Virus record (IMG/VR): IMGVR_UViG_3300050343_000185
Length of the DNA stretch: 64,000 nucleotides
Direction: 5' to 3' (one strand)
DNA from: a virus
The notes beneath the pieces were generated by a model. It was not told the DNA's origin and made no database searches. It saw only the letters and a list, made by a program, of their open reading frames with translations. This document shows positions 51,528 to 62,366 of the stretch, one piece after another; positions within the stretch are counted from its first letter, which is position 1, and every line of letters starts with the position of its first letter. The translations under genes and the position numbers were made by a program.

Positions 51528-52139
51528 TCAACTTCCGAAGGTTAGTGTTGCAGCACCATCTGACATTACTTCTTCAGTACCACCCGCAGAGGTGATCTTG
51601 ACTCTAAACTTGTTACCGTCCAGAGTATCGCCAGCGAGACCACTGTAAGCAAGAGTTGCTGTCGTGAAGTCTGCATAAGTAATACCTGTGTCTGTGCCAG
51701 CAGCGATGTTAACCCAACGCTTACCAGTTGCAGTTTGACGCTGCCACTGATATGCAAGTGCTCCAGGTGTTCCTGTTGTCGTAGTGGTGAGGGTATAAGT
51801 ACCAGAACCTGAAGAAGATGTAGAGTTAGCAGGTTGAACCGTAATGGTAACTGCCGATGCTACGTCTGCTGCGATGGCATCATCTGCCTGAGTTTCTGTG
51901 CCATCAGGATTAGCAACAAAAATAAGTTGCTCTGCCTTATGACGGGTTGCGCCAGAAGAATCAGTATAGGTGAAATAAGACCACCAACCAGGACCAGTAA
52001 TACCACGGGACTTGGTTTCGTTTAGTTGTGCTTCAGTCTCGTCAACGAAGACTGTAGTTTTTGCTTGACTTGACGCTGCAATGCCTACACCAGCTTTGGT
52101 TTTATTTGCATTGCTGTCAGTTCTTCCGTATAGAGACAT
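51528..52139 (-). CDS. virion structural protein with Ig-like C-terminus
   Basis: MSLYG..GWW.Y.TY.D..G.TRHKAE; ITVQP..LAYQWQ..FRVKI Ig-like strand pattern; TATAAATA upstream. Confidence 0.65.
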   Translation of the reverse strand: MSLYGRTDSNANKTKAGVGIAASSQAKTTVFVDETEAQLNETKSRGITGPGWWSYFTYTDSSGATRHKAEQLIFVANPDGTETQADDAIAADVASAVTITVQPANSTSSSGSGTYTLTTTTTGTPGALAYQWQRQTATGKRWVNIAAGTDTGITYADFTTATLAYSGLAGDTLDGNKFRVKITSAGGTEEVMSDGAATLTFGS

Positions 52140-52179
52140 GTTTATTCAGCGTTTATTTTCCTAATGGTTATTTATATTC

Positions 52180-52383
52180 TTAGGAATCTTTGCGAGCAGC
52201 AATCGCTTTCGATACAACTTCCAGAAGTTGATCGTCCATGTCAGTCTTAGTTAACTTAACTGCCTTAGCAAGAATAGCAAGACAGATCTCAACAAGTTTC
52301 TCGCCCAGTTCTTCATTTTCTGGAATTTTATTAACAGCATCAGAAATAATTTTGGATGCTAGTGGAAGTAGAAAGGATAACAT
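52180..52383 (-). CDS. small conserved cyanophage protein
   Basis: LLPLASKII..IP.NEELGEKL..L.KAVKLTKTDMDDQLL. Confidence 0.65.
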   Translation of the reverse strand: MLSFLLPLASKIISDAVNKIPENEELGEKLVEICLAILAKAVKLTKTDMDDQLLEVVSKAIAARKDS

Positions 52384-52410
52384 TGGTTCATGTCATAGAG
52401 CATGAACTAT

Positions 52411-52770
52411 TTATTTCTCCCACTCGTCTAAAATAGATGTCAATTTTGACATGAACTGTTTAAAATTTAAAAGTGTTCCAGAACGGTAGTCGCGTCTTGC
52501 TTTTGCTACACCAGTTTCAAAAGATTCTTCTAGTGGATCAAAACCTCTGCCTTTAACAACAGCAGACCATGGAGCATACAAAGGACCCTGATAGTTCTTT
52601 GACTCATTAGTAGGTTTAGTAACCATGCCCTTCTGTCCGTCATTAACAGTAGGCATGACTTCTACAGTGCTCTTTTCTTTTTTCTTGGTTTTTTTATTAC
52701 AGCAACTTTTCTTACAATCTTTGGGGCAACTACTGCCACAATCTTCGCGAAGTTGTTTGAATGTTTTCAT
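52411..52770 (-). CDS. putative head-internal protein
   Basis: Begins MKTFKQLRE; highly charged. Confidence 0.5.
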   Translation of the reverse strand: MKTFKQLREDCGSSCPKDCKKSCCNKKTKKKEKSTVEVMPTVNDGQKGMVTKPTNESKNYQGPLYAPWSAVVKGRGFDPLEESFETGVAKARRDYRSGTLLNFKQFMSKLTSILDEWEK

Positions 52771-53321
52771 TTTTTCTTTGACATACCAATGATCTTAGAG
52801 ACCTTCTTACGACGCATGTGGAGATACTTGTCAGACTTATCTACATCGCCATCGTTATCGATGTCAGCATCTGCCTTACCTACGGGGTCAAGTTTCTTTT
52901 CAGTGAGTTCATCACCTTCATATTCAACGCCTGCTTTTACACAGTTGTTAACTTCTTTACCACCTTTTTTCTTAGTGCCTTGCTTCTTATATCCTTTCCA
53001 GCATGAGGTGTTGCCGTTGTCATCAACGCCATCCATCTTTACTTTCTCGATGACATAAATCTCGCCATCGATCTCATACTCTTCACGCTCAAGAACTTCT
53101 ACTTCTTCTTTCTTGACCGTTTTCTTTGCTTTCTTTGCTTTTACCGTAGTGTCTTCAATTTCAGCACCATTGGACTGCTGTGGCATACCATCAAATGCTG
53201 CTTCGCTAATGGTAGTATTCTGGAAGGTGTCTCCACCCATCCACTTACCATATGCTTCCATCAACTCAGACGAAAACTCGTCATTATTGTTAACACTATT
53301 GACTGTCTTCTGATACTTCAT
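52767..53321 (-). CDS. acidic/basic low-complexity putative head-internal protein
   Basis: CWKGYK..GTKKKGGK.VNNCVK and LDPVGK.D.DIDNDGDVD.SD motifs; TATAAATA upstream. Confidence 0.55.
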   Translation of the reverse strand: MKYQKTVNSVNNNDEFSSELMEAYGKWMGGDTFQNTTISEAAFDGMPQQSNGAEIEDTTVKAKKAKKTVKKEEVEVLEREEYEIDGEIYVIEKVKMDGVDDNGNTSCWKGYKKQGTKKKGGKEVNNCVKAGVEYEGDELTEKKLDPVGKADADIDNDGDVDKSDKYLHMRRKKVSKIIGMSKKK

Positions 53322-53553
53322 CGTTTAACAAGGAGGTTCTTCTCGTATTATTTATAGATCTAATATTCTTAATCCACTCCCTAAACATATTACCTTCTTC
53401 AGAAATTACGATAGCATAGTTTCCACCTACTCTATGGAGATGTCCTTTCTCTCCTGTACGTGATGACATGACAGCATCACCTTCTTTAAATATTTCTTCC
53501 TGCCGCTGTTGTTGACGCAGTGCTTCTTCACGTAGTTTCTTGAAATCTTTCAT
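53296..53553 (-). CDS. conserved small protein (KOW/SH3-like)
   Basis: MKDFKKLREE..IFKEGD.V....TGEKG...RVG.NY.I..WI. Confidence 0.6.
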   Translation of the reverse strand: MKDFKKLREEALRQQQRQEEIFKEGDAVMSSRTGEKGHLHRVGGNYAIVISEEGNMFREWIKNIRSINNTRRTSLLNDEVSEDSQ

Positions 53554-54113
53554 TTAAAATTCGCAGGTAGATTTGCTTGTATCTCAATCATCATTTGCTG
53601 GCACTGTTTATCATTCAATGCTCTGGGAATACCAGAACGAAATGTTTTAAAGTCGTTAGCAAATGCGGCACGTCTCATCTTCGTTCCAGAAATAGCAAAG
53701 GTATCTCCATCAGCATCTCTGCTACCAGAAGATTGTATCTCGATTTTTCTGAACGAGAAGTCTTTACCATTGTATTTGTGTAAGAACTGCATCGCACCAA
53801 CACGATCGGATCCAACTAAAAATACAACTTCATTATATCCTCCCAACATTAAGTCTTGCATAATAGCGACAGGATCTTTAGGTCCAGAAATTATTTTACC
53901 ACGATGTTCTGGAAACATCAAGTTCATATAATACAATTTACGATCAGGTGGTAAGGGGTTCTTACCTTTAGTATCAAACGTCTGAGAGATATAGATCCGA
54001 TAGTCATGACTACCCGCGATACGTTTCACCCCATCAAAGTTATCTTTGTGTCCTGTGGTAGGTGGTTGAAACCTACCAAATGTAAAGTAGCAAGTATTAC
54101 AATTTAACGCCAT
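53550..54113 (-). CDS. HIGH-superfamily nucleotidyltransferase (cytidylyltransferase-like)
   Basis: FTFGRFQPPTTGH, VGSDR and ISGTKMR motifs. Confidence 0.85.
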   Translation of the reverse strand: MALNCNTCYFTFGRFQPPTTGHKDNFDGVKRIAGSHDYRIYISQTFDTKGKNPLPPDRKLYYMNLMFPEHRGKIISGPKDPVAIMQDLMLGGYNEVVFLVGSDRVGAMQFLHKYNGKDFSFRKIEIQSSGSRDADGDTFAISGTKMRRAAFANDFKTFRSGIPRALNDKQCQQMMIEIQANLPANFK

Positions 54114-55306
54114 TGCTTCTGTAGGGTGAAGTTATTGTAAGCAAACTCCATACGGTTGACAAACTTAATCATATCACCGTCTTTATGTAAGACATATCCT
54201 TCAGGAGTTGTGACCTTATATCCTTTTTCTGTTTGGACAAAAGTCCTGAACTCTTCTAGATGGTCAAGTTTATCTATAACCATTTGCTTGACTGCTTGTA
54301 GTTCTTTATACAAAGTAAGCATTGCTTTGAACTTGTATACATTATCTACTACGTAGTTCTGACTACCATATACAAGTTCTCTCTTCTTAGTCAGGTTTGC
54401 AACTGTCTTGATCTTGGCAAGTTCTTTACTTGTTTTCTCCTCATAGAAGTTCAACATGTCATACATCGTCTCATCAATTCTAACAATACTACGAGCATTC
54501 TTGATTTCATTATTAAAGAACTGTTTGAGATAAGATGCTATATGAAATTTAGAATCACCAGTAGTGCCTGTCTTGGCAACTAATTCGTCCAAGAAATTAC
54601 CACAGATACCACACATACGTTCGATCTTTGAAATATAGTTATTGAATTTAGTCATCTCCGCTTTAGAGAAACCAACCCTATCCATAGGAGTATCATTTTT
54701 GACAAGTAGAACTTCAGGAATATCATTGTAAGTATCAACAGGAGCTCCCGCCAATGCTTGCATTGTAGGTAAGTCAGTTCCCCGATAATGAGTATGAAAT
54801 ACTACACCAATTTTTGATCTACCTGCTGCTTTACCAATAGGATGATCTACTGGAATACCATAGGTAATAGTGTTAGGTCTAAAAGTGTATAGTAGTTCCC
54901 CATTTATAGTTTCTTTTTTAATATCAGAAGTGTAAAGAAGATCTCCTTGAATAACTCCCGTGATACCAAGTTTACTAAAATACCTATACGAAAACTTGAG
55001 TTTTTCTGCAAGGTCTCCACTATACATGGAGTCAACATCTTCTTCCGAATAACAAATCTTGGGAGTGTCTTTATTAAATACAGACTTAGTTCCCACAAAA
55101 AAGATATTAGCGAGAGGATCCATACCACAGATAACAGAAGGCGCACCGTCCCATTTAGTTTGCATAAAACCACCACTCTCTTGCTGACCCAACATCTTGC
55201 GGAGTTCTTTTAAAAATGATACTGCTGCCTTACACCCATCGACGCCATAGTTCAGCATCTCATCTTCCAAGTGCTCTAGGTGCTTGAGCTGTTTAATGTT
55301 TGCCAT
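54104..55306 (-). CDS. conserved hypothetical protein with ligase-type nucleotidyltransferase motifs
   Basis: HLEHLED; TKWDGAP; IQGDLLY; TPEGYVL; IKFVNR. Confidence 0.65.
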   Translation of the reverse strand: MANIKQLKHLEHLEDEMLNYGVDGCKAAVSFLKELRKMLGQQESGGFMQTKWDGAPSVICGMDPLANIFFVGTKSVFNKDTPKICYSEEDVDSMYSGDLAEKLKFSYRYFSKLGITGVIQGDLLYTSDIKKETINGELLYTFRPNTITYGIPVDHPIGKAAGRSKIGVVFHTHYRGTDLPTMQALAGAPVDTYNDIPEVLLVKNDTPMDRVGFSKAEMTKFNNYISKIERMCGICGNFLDELVAKTGTTGDSKFHIASYLKQFFNNEIKNARSIVRIDETMYDMLNFYEEKTSKELAKIKTVANLTKKRELVYGSQNYVVDNVYKFKAMLTLYKELQAVKQMVIDKLDHLEEFRTFVQTEKGYKVTTPEGYVLHKDGDMIKFVNRMEFAYNNFTLQKQWR

Positions 55307-56451
55307 TAGTCTACGTACCCATCCTCAGGAACACTGAACACAGCTTCACCATCAAACTTATACGCTGACTGTAGTTTATCAGGCCATGGGTCCGCACTGC
55401 CGCTAGTGTCACGAATGTTAAACTTAAGTTCCATGATGGGTGTGTTGACCGTGATATCAACACGTTGTCCTGTCCCAGTCTTGCCGCCATAGTGGACAGT
55501 TACAGAAGTGATACTAGTAGCGCGATCACATAACTGTTTTGTCATGGGAAAGTTTTTAATTTTACTTCCCTGCTTATGTGTATAGTGATATCCATATCCA
55601 ATAGATCCACGAATCATACCCTGCAACAAAGTTCTATTAAATTGTGGGTTGGGATCATTTCCACCACTTCTAACTCTACCCATCGCTGCTTCATTAAAAA
55701 TTCTACAAAACCTATCGTTATTAATACCAAAAGTTTCTAAAACTTTTAATCCAACATCAGTTTGGATAACACCTTTCTGTATATCATCCTTGGTAAATAT
55801 TTTTTTTACTCCCAAGTTAGACATGGTAGTAGTACCACTAGTTTTAAGAGAAAGATAGATAACACTTTTTTTAGATCCTTTCTTTGTTGTCAGTGTAAGG
55901 TCTGTAACTGTAGATCCAATATCATAGTGTGATCCATCAGCATCGCCAACTTTCCAATTTCCATTCTCATACTTAAGAGGTCTCTTTTTATTTTCACCAC
56001 CTTCAGCAACTACTTTCACAACTTGACAATCTTCTAGATCGTAATACTTAATTAAATCATCAATAAATCCTTTGTATTGATTGTTTGTATATTCTCCATC
56101 TTCAATCCAATCGTTCAATCCATTCTCAAGTTGTCCTTCAAATAAATTGCCTCTATTACCTGTGCCACGATTACCTCTGCTACCATCACCCCAAGTAATT
56201 TTAAAATTAGTATCTAATCCTACCTGTTTTTTAACCTTTGTTACATCAACTGTTCCTTTCAAACCACGCATAATTTTACAACTCTTACCTGCTTTAGTTT
56301 TAGGATTAAATGCCAACGCATCTTCTATGCCATAATGCTCTTTAATATGGTTGTAGAACTGAATGATTGGTCCTATGTATTTCTTTTCAATACTACTCCC
56401 AGCAAGAGATCTCATCTCAGAGGAGTTTTTAGGTATGCTATTAAATGCCAT
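55306..56451 (-). CDS. PD-(D/E)XK-like nuclease candidate
   Basis: GNLFE..VTDLTL..YLSLK (E..D..SLK variant); CTAAATA late box upstream. Confidence 0.5.
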   Translation of the reverse strand: MAFNSIPKNSSEMRSLAGSSIEKKYIGPIIQFYNHIKEHYGIEDALAFNPKTKAGKSCKIMRGLKGTVDVTKVKKQVGLDTNFKITWGDGSRGNRGTGNRGNLFEGQLENGLNDWIEDGEYTNNQYKGFIDDLIKYYDLEDCQVVKVVAEGGENKKRPLKYENGNWKVGDADGSHYDIGSTVTDLTLTTKKGSKKSVIYLSLKTSGTTTMSNLGVKKIFTKDDIQKGVIQTDVGLKVLETFGINNDRFCRIFNEAAMGRVRSGGNDPNPQFNRTLLQGMIRGSIGYGYHYTHKQGSKIKNFPMTKQLCDRATSITSVTVHYGGKTGTGQRVDITVNTPIMELKFNIRDTSGSADPWPDKLQSAYKFDGEAVFSVPEDGYVD

Positions 56452-56470
56452 AAGAAAACCTCCCGCCTAA

Positions 56471-56668
56471 CTATTTAGAGGGGAGGTTGAGATAATCTTT
56501 TTCACTTTGATATGGGTGGGTTTGTCCTGTCCATAATCTATACCCTTCCTTAACTTCTGGCAAGAGCCACTGGTCCACACGAACACATTGCTCCCAGTTG
56601 ACAGGGTGAGCACAACTCACCACTACAACAGAAAAGAATGCTCGTAGGTGGATCCAGAGACTGAACAT
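56471..56668 (-). CDS. conserved cyanophage hypothetical protein
   Basis: FFSVVVVSCAHPVNWEQCVRVDQWLLPE..PY..E. Confidence 0.55.
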   Translation of the reverse strand: MFSLWIHLRAFFSVVVVSCAHPVNWEQCVRVDQWLLPEVKEGYRLWTGQTHPYQSEKDYLNLPSK

Positions 56669-57071
56669 TATCTGTCGCCAGCAGCACGAACTTCTGAGTT
56701 ATGAACATTGAACTCACCACCTGGATAACGCTTCTTGAGTTTGTTGACGTTAGTTTCAATTACCTCATCGAAGGATATATCAAGTGCCATTGTAGCTTGA
56801 GCAACATACCACATAACATCACCCAACTCAATGATAAGATGCTCACGATTATCTTCGTTCCACGGTTTTCCTTGGAAGACCATTTTTTTAATGATCTCAA
56901 GGAACTCACCGCCCTCAGCATTAATTCCAACCCCAGCAGTAAGAAGTCTCTCAATATTGGCACCTTGTCGATCAAGATCCCCAATACGATCAGCAAAGTC
57001 AACAAAGTTTGTAGAGCCTCTGAAGTAACTGCTGAAACAAATTCTTCATAGCGTTCAAATTTAATAGTCAT
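56668..57071 (-). CDS. mazG: MazG nucleotide pyrophosphohydrolase (frameshifted)
   Basis: Y.EFV.AVTS + ERLLTAGVG.NAEGGEF.EIIKKMVFQGKPW..HL.IELGDVMWYVAQA..N..KL.KRYP.G.F. Confidence 0.88.
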
Positions 57072-58457
57072 ACGTTCCACTCAGCAAATTTAGATAGTCG
57101 GTTTTGTGTTTGTGCAAATTGTGAGAACTCTTCACCAGGGTCCTCTTCGATTGATGTTGATGTCAGAAGCATCCTCCGCTACATCATACAGCCTCATCTT
57201 GGATCTGTCAATTCCCACCATGAATTTTCGTGAGGCAGCGGTTTCGTTGTATCTGTTCTTAAGTTGTTTGACCATGATGCGACCCTGTTGTTCAAGTTCA
57301 TCAGTACTGATAAGAGCAAACATAAAGTCAGCAGTGGCAGGCAAACCAAAAGACTCAGAAGTATCGGTAAGGTCAGGATCACTATTGCCATAACCACTGC
57401 GAGTAGTTTGAGTAGCTGTGACAATAGGAACATTACATTCCACAGCAAGACCCCGAAGCTCCTCAGCAATCGCCTTGACATACGTGTAAGAATTGACAAT
57501 CGCACCTTTATACCTCGCTGATGCACAGATGTTTAGATAATCAATATAGATTATATCTGGTTTGAAATCTCTCTTGAGAGACAGATCACTTATGAGTGAT
57601 TTGAAGTGTCCAGCATGTGCTGATGCTGTGGGATACTCTTTGATAATAAGTTTGCCTCTAGTTTTCCTAGAGATCTCTTGAACTTTAGAATTGAAGATAA
57701 CTTCAGGTAGTTCAGCAATATCTTTGATAGAAACATTTAAAAGATTCGCGTCAATTCGTTCAGCAATTTTCTCCTCTGCCATTTCACATGTAATATAGAG
57801 TACGTTCCTCCCCTGGGTGAGTGCGGCACCAGCGCAATGGCACATGAATAGAGACTTGCCGACACCCGTTCCAGCAAGAGCGACACTGAGAGTCTTGTTA
57901 GAGATACCACCTTTAGTAATATAGTTAAACTTTTCCAGATCAAAGGGAACCTTCTCTTCTTTGCGGTGATAGAATTCATAGCGGTCTTTTGCTTGTTCAA
58001 TGTAATCGTGTCCTATGTGTTCGTCGAACGATACTGCCAAGGCTTCTTGTAAGATACCTGGGATCGCATCCTTTGATATTTTTTTATCGCCTCCATCTGC
58101 GATCTTGATCGAGGACATAAGGGCGAGATAGATTGCTCTGTCTTGACACCACTTTTCGGTTGCGTCGAGGAGCCACTCGTAGTCAACCCATTCGTCTGTG
58201 AGTCCTCGTATTGTCGATAACGAATCTCTGAACGTTTCGTCAGTAAGATCATTACGATTTTGGAGATTAATCGATAAGACTTCTTGAGTAGGAACTTTGT
58301 CATACTTACCAGCGAAGTCAGCGATCTCTTCAAAGATAACTTTCTCATGATACTCCTCAAAATAATCTGCTCTTAGGAAAGGAACTACCTTACGATAATA
58401 CTCTTCAGTGAAGATGAGATTACGTAAGATAGTTTGTTGAATGCGCTCAGTTGCCAT
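57068..58457 (-). CDS. gp41: replicative DNA helicase gp41 (indel near the C-terminus)
   Basis: [59 protein letters not shown]. Confidence 0.96.
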
Positions 58458-59459
58458 AAGAGAATTCTTTCTGTGCTGCTTCTTCAAGTTTAGTCATTAC
58501 TTCTTCAGTGAAGTATTTTTCAGGGTCTGCGAGAATCGATTTAGGATAAACAGAAGAACCATCAATCTTAATACGATTGCCAACACGCTCAAAGACTCCG
58601 TATCGTTCACCCAGTTCCAGTAGTCCGTAATACTTGTCAAGTCCACGTTCGTCAAAAAATAAACGTGTCTCAATTTTACTACCTTCTTTTGTTAAACGAG
58701 ACTTCTTCGCCTCACACTTGATGATGTTACCTACTAATTCAGTACCATCTTTCTCTTTCTTCTTACCAAGATAAATGATTGTGGAAGCAGCATACTTAAG
58801 ACCTGTTCCCCCACCCATTTCTTTCATCGGAACATAAGAACCGATAACATCATATGTATGGTTGGTAACAATCATAGGAACAGATGCCTGTCCTAGTTTG
58901 AGGGTAAGCACACGAAAGGCACCCTTGATCAACTGACTCTTAGTCATGTCTCTGACCTGCTTGTCATTAGCAACGTCTTCCATCTCCTTAGATGTTGAGA
59001 GCATACCAAGAGAGTCTAACACAAATAGCATAGGAACCCTCTCGTCTTTAGGTTCTTTCACATACTTGTCTAGGATACGACAAGCTTGTGTCCTAAACTC
59101 TTCGATCGTTGCGACAGGCATGATGATCATACGTGAACTGTCAATGCCACGAGTCTCAATCATATCACGCGAGATAGCAGATTCAGACTCAAAATAAATG
59201 ACTCCACCCGTAGGATTATCAGCAAGGAAATTACTAACGACGCTGAGAGCAAAAAAAGTCTTACCAGTGCTTGATTCTCCAGCCAAGGCAGTAACTTTAT
59301 TGGAGGGTAGACCTCCAAACAACGAACCACTAACCAGGGCATTAAAGATGTAAGACCCAGTATCAACGTAAGATGTAATATCGCCAGCAGCAACCCCTTC
59401 ACTAACACGACTAGCAAACTCATTGCCACTATCCTTAATTACTGTGTCTAGAATCCCAT
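58447..59459 (-). CDS. uvsX: RecA-like recombinase UvsX (indels at the N-terminus)
   Basis: [56 protein letters not shown]. Confidence 0.94.
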
Positions 59460-59623
59460 TGGTTTACATTCTCCTCGTAAAAGTTTACATAATTATAAGA
59501 CTGCTTCATGAGTTTAGAAAACCCAATAGCAGTTTGGTAGTCCTCAAAGCACTTAATGTCCTCTGGTCCTACTTGACCGACAAGATGGTTAGTCCATGTC
59601 ACAACAAAGATTCTCTTACTCAT
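59435..59623 (-). CDS. small hypothetical protein
   Basis: [32 protein letters not shown]; ATGA-coupled to the gp43 stop. Confidence 0.55.
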   Translation of the reverse strand: MSKRIFVVTWTNHLVGQVGPEDIKCFEDYQTAIGFSKLMKQSYNYVNFYEENVNQWDSRHSN

Positions 59624-62112
59624 CCAAAGAAACTCGTAATGGTAATGGTTTTCTCGTGTTGCCAACCGACACAGTATAGCACGTTTTTCAGTGGTTCGAG
59701 AAAAGACTTTTCAAATTGTGTCTGGTAGTCCACATACTTCTCGATACCAAACTCCTTAGGCAACTCGCCAAAGAAACTAACCACATTCTCATGGAGAGGG
59801 TTAGGTGTCTTGAGATACATGAACTTGATCTTCTCACCTTCTTGAATAAGAGGATGCTTGTGTTCTACCTTATGTTTCTTGACATAATAATTATAGAGCA
59901 GAGCACCCCTTACCGCAATGGGTGTTCCTTTCTGGTAAATCTCAGTCGGGTGGCGATATTTTGCCAGGTTGTTAACGCCTCTGGGGAAGGCAACCTCTTC
60001 GTAAGGTCGCAGTCTGGTCTCTGCTCGGACAACATTGATGAAATCGATAAGTTCATCATTTGTCTTGCCGATAATAATCTTAAACGCTGCATACAATTTA
60101 TCCCTAAAATAAGCTGGAGTAGAAGAACGAGCAGTCTCCAGACCCATGATTTTCATCTTTGGTTCTTTATATCTAACGCCTTCACTGTCCCATACGTTTA
60201 GAATGTAACGCTTCTTCGCAGTCCAGATACCACGATCAGCGATGTTCTCACGCTTCATACTCATCTTTTGATCATACGCCGCAACGTAATCCGCAAGTTC
60301 CTGATAAGAGGATTCGATGAATGGTTCCAACTTGTCTTCACAGATCTTGTCAAGTATGGAAACAATTGCTGCTTTGTCGCTAGACTTAGCACCAAAAAAT
60401 TTATCAACAAGAGGTCCGAGATTAAGATAAATTGAGTCAGTGTCAGATGCGATGACATAATCAACCGAATCTGTAGAGAGCAGTTTATTTAGGTACTGGT
60501 TCATCTTGCTCTCAATCCATCTGATGGAAACCTGACCGGATAGAGTGATTGCCTCAGCATTAGCAAGACGATAGTATCTAAAGTGTTCGTTGCCGATAGC
60601 ACCATAAGCAGAGTTCAAAGAGATCTTCTTTGCCATCTGGATGTTATTACAACGGGCAATCTCTTTCATGAGTTCAACAGTAGGAGTTTTCTCATACTGT
60701 TGCTTCGCCTTGATCATTCTCTTCTTGAATATAACACGACTGTCATACATCTTCTTCATCATTTGTGGCAGGAACCCGTGCTTATCTTTACGATACTGAG
60801 CTCCATTAGCACACACAGCATACTCACCATCAATCTCTACTTCGCCCTCAAGGATCTTATCAACTGTAACTGTTGAATGTCTCTGGTCGAGTAGTGTCTC
60901 GGGTGAAATATTGTACTGCATAATGAGATGAGGATACAGAGAGTTGAGATCAAAAGACACCACCCAATCATAGAATCCAGGCTTCGGTTCCTTAACATAT
61001 GCCCCCGCATACTTCTCTGTTTTAGTTGCACTCTCTTTCTTAGGAGGGATAGCAATCTTACGCCTAAGAAGTTCACAGTAAATGTAGTTGTCCCACATAC
61101 GAACCTGTGAAAACACGTCCTCATAGTTTACCTTAGCATCATATGCCATGGTGTATGCTAGTTCAACCAACTTCATCTTATCATCTAGTTGATCTACCAG
61201 ACGAACATCATGAATGTTGTATTCAATAAACTTCTGCCAGTCTCCCTCGTAGAACTCTTTGAATGTGTCAAACTCTGAGTGATCTAGTTTCTTAGATCCA
61301 AGTTCAACAAAAGCAATATGGTCCAGACGATATGATTCTTGGTTGGTGTAAGTAAACTTCTTATACAACTCAAGGTAATCAAGTTGCGAGATGCCAAGCA
61401 TATCAATAGAGAAGTTCTTACGACCTTTGATAAAGATCTCACGTTGCGATACAAGTTTCCAAGGCGACAACAGTTTCACAAATTTCTCACCCATAATACG
61501 ATTGATACGATTATGGATGTATGGCATATCGAACAGCTGACAGTTCCAACCGGTAACCACATCAGGATAGTTCTCCTGCCAATACTGTAGGAAAGCACCC
61601 ATCATGGTCTCCTCAGACCTGAAGTGCATGTAGTCAACCATCTTGTCCTGGTTGTCAAATGGACGGGCACCAAAGACCGTTATACGACCCGTGAAGGAGT
61701 CCTTGATACTGATAGCAAGAATCTCTTGGTCTGCCGTCTCAATGTCAGGGAAACCATTCTCAGCAGCAGTCTCGATGTCAATAGTAAAGACACGGATCTT
61801 GCTACTATCAAACTTCAGTTCCTCTTCAGGATGTTGCTCGGCAATGTATTGATACAAGAAACGAGAGTTTCCATAGATATCAAAGTCATCAACTTCTTTA
61901 TATTGTTTGATGAACTCACGAGCATCATTGATAGAACCAAACTTATGTGGTTCTACACAATCACCTTCTAGTGTTTTCCACTCAGAATAATTCTTACTAG
62001 GCAAGTACATCGTGGGACTAAACGGAACCCTTACGCTGTAGCGATTGCCATTCTCATAACCACGGACAAGCAGACGATTGCCTGCTTGCTCAACACTAGT
62101 GTAAAACTTCAT
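59620..62112 (-). CDS. gp43: family B DNA polymerase gp43
   Basis: DIET (ExoI), GWN..FD..Y, YNIHD; SFDLNSLYP, K...NSAYG, ASDTDS, KKRY; intact 830 aa. Confidence 0.98.
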   Translation of the reverse strand: MKFYTSVEQAGNRLLVRGYENGNRYSVRVPFSPTMYLPSKNYSEWKTLEGDCVEPHKFGSINDAREFIKQYKEVDDFDIYGNSRFLYQYIAEQHPEEELKFDSSKIRVFTIDIETAAENGFPDIETADQEILAISIKDSFTGRITVFGARPFDNQDKMVDYMHFRSEETMMGAFLQYWQENYPDVVTGWNCQLFDMPYIHNRINRIMGEKFVKLLSPWKLVSQREIFIKGRKNFSIDMLGISQLDYLELYKKFTYTNQESYRLDHIAFVELGSKKLDHSEFDTFKEFYEGDWQKFIEYNIHDVRLVDQLDDKMKLVELAYTMAYDAKVNYEDVFSQVRMWDNYIYCELLRRKIAIPPKKESATKTEKYAGAYVKEPKPGFYDWVVSFDLNSLYPHLIMQYNISPETLLDQRHSTVTVDKILEGEVEIDGEYAVCANGAQYRKDKHGFLPQMMKKMYDSRVIFKKRMIKAKQQYEKTPTVELMKEIARCNNIQMAKKISLNSAYGAIGNEHFRYYRLANAEAITLSGQVSIRWIESKMNQYLNKLLSTDSVDYVIASDTDSIYLNLGPLVDKFFGAKSSDKAAIVSILDKICEDKLEPFIESSYQELADYVAAYDQKMSMKRENIADRGIWTAKKRYILNVWDSEGVRYKEPKMKIMGLETARSSTPAYFRDKLYAAFKIIIGKTNDELIDFINVVRAETRLRPYEEVAFPRGVNNLAKYRHPTEIYQKGTPIAVRGALLYNYYVKKHKVEHKHPLIQEGEKIKFMYLKTPNPLHENVVSFFGELPKEFGIEKYVDYQTQFEKSFLEPLKNVLYCVGWQHEKTITITSFFG

Positions 62113-62366
62113 TCAAGAGATTCGATATAACGAGCAAGGAGTGCCTTGCTTGGATTAGTCACAACAGTCAGGTCAGAAGACCTAACGTTGAATTCACGTT
62201 CAGCAGCATGAGGAGCCCATTGATTTATTTGACCTTCACAGTCTACCACATAGGGTTCGATCATCCACACGTCAGGGTCACCTGGTAAGGTGTCCCCTTC
62301 AGCAGGTTCTACTTGAGCGATGATCCACTCATTCTGCAACTTGATTAGGTTCGCTGTTATTTCCAT
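62109..62366 (-). CDS. small beta-rich (Sm-like) hypothetical protein
   Basis: LIKLQNEWIIAQV..W..EPYVV..W.P..F.V....VV.NP. Confidence 0.6.
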   Translation of the reverse strand: MEITANLIKLQNEWIIAQVEPAEGDTLPGDPDVWMIEPYVVDCEGQINQWAPHAAEREFNVRSSDLTVVTNPSKALLARYIESLE

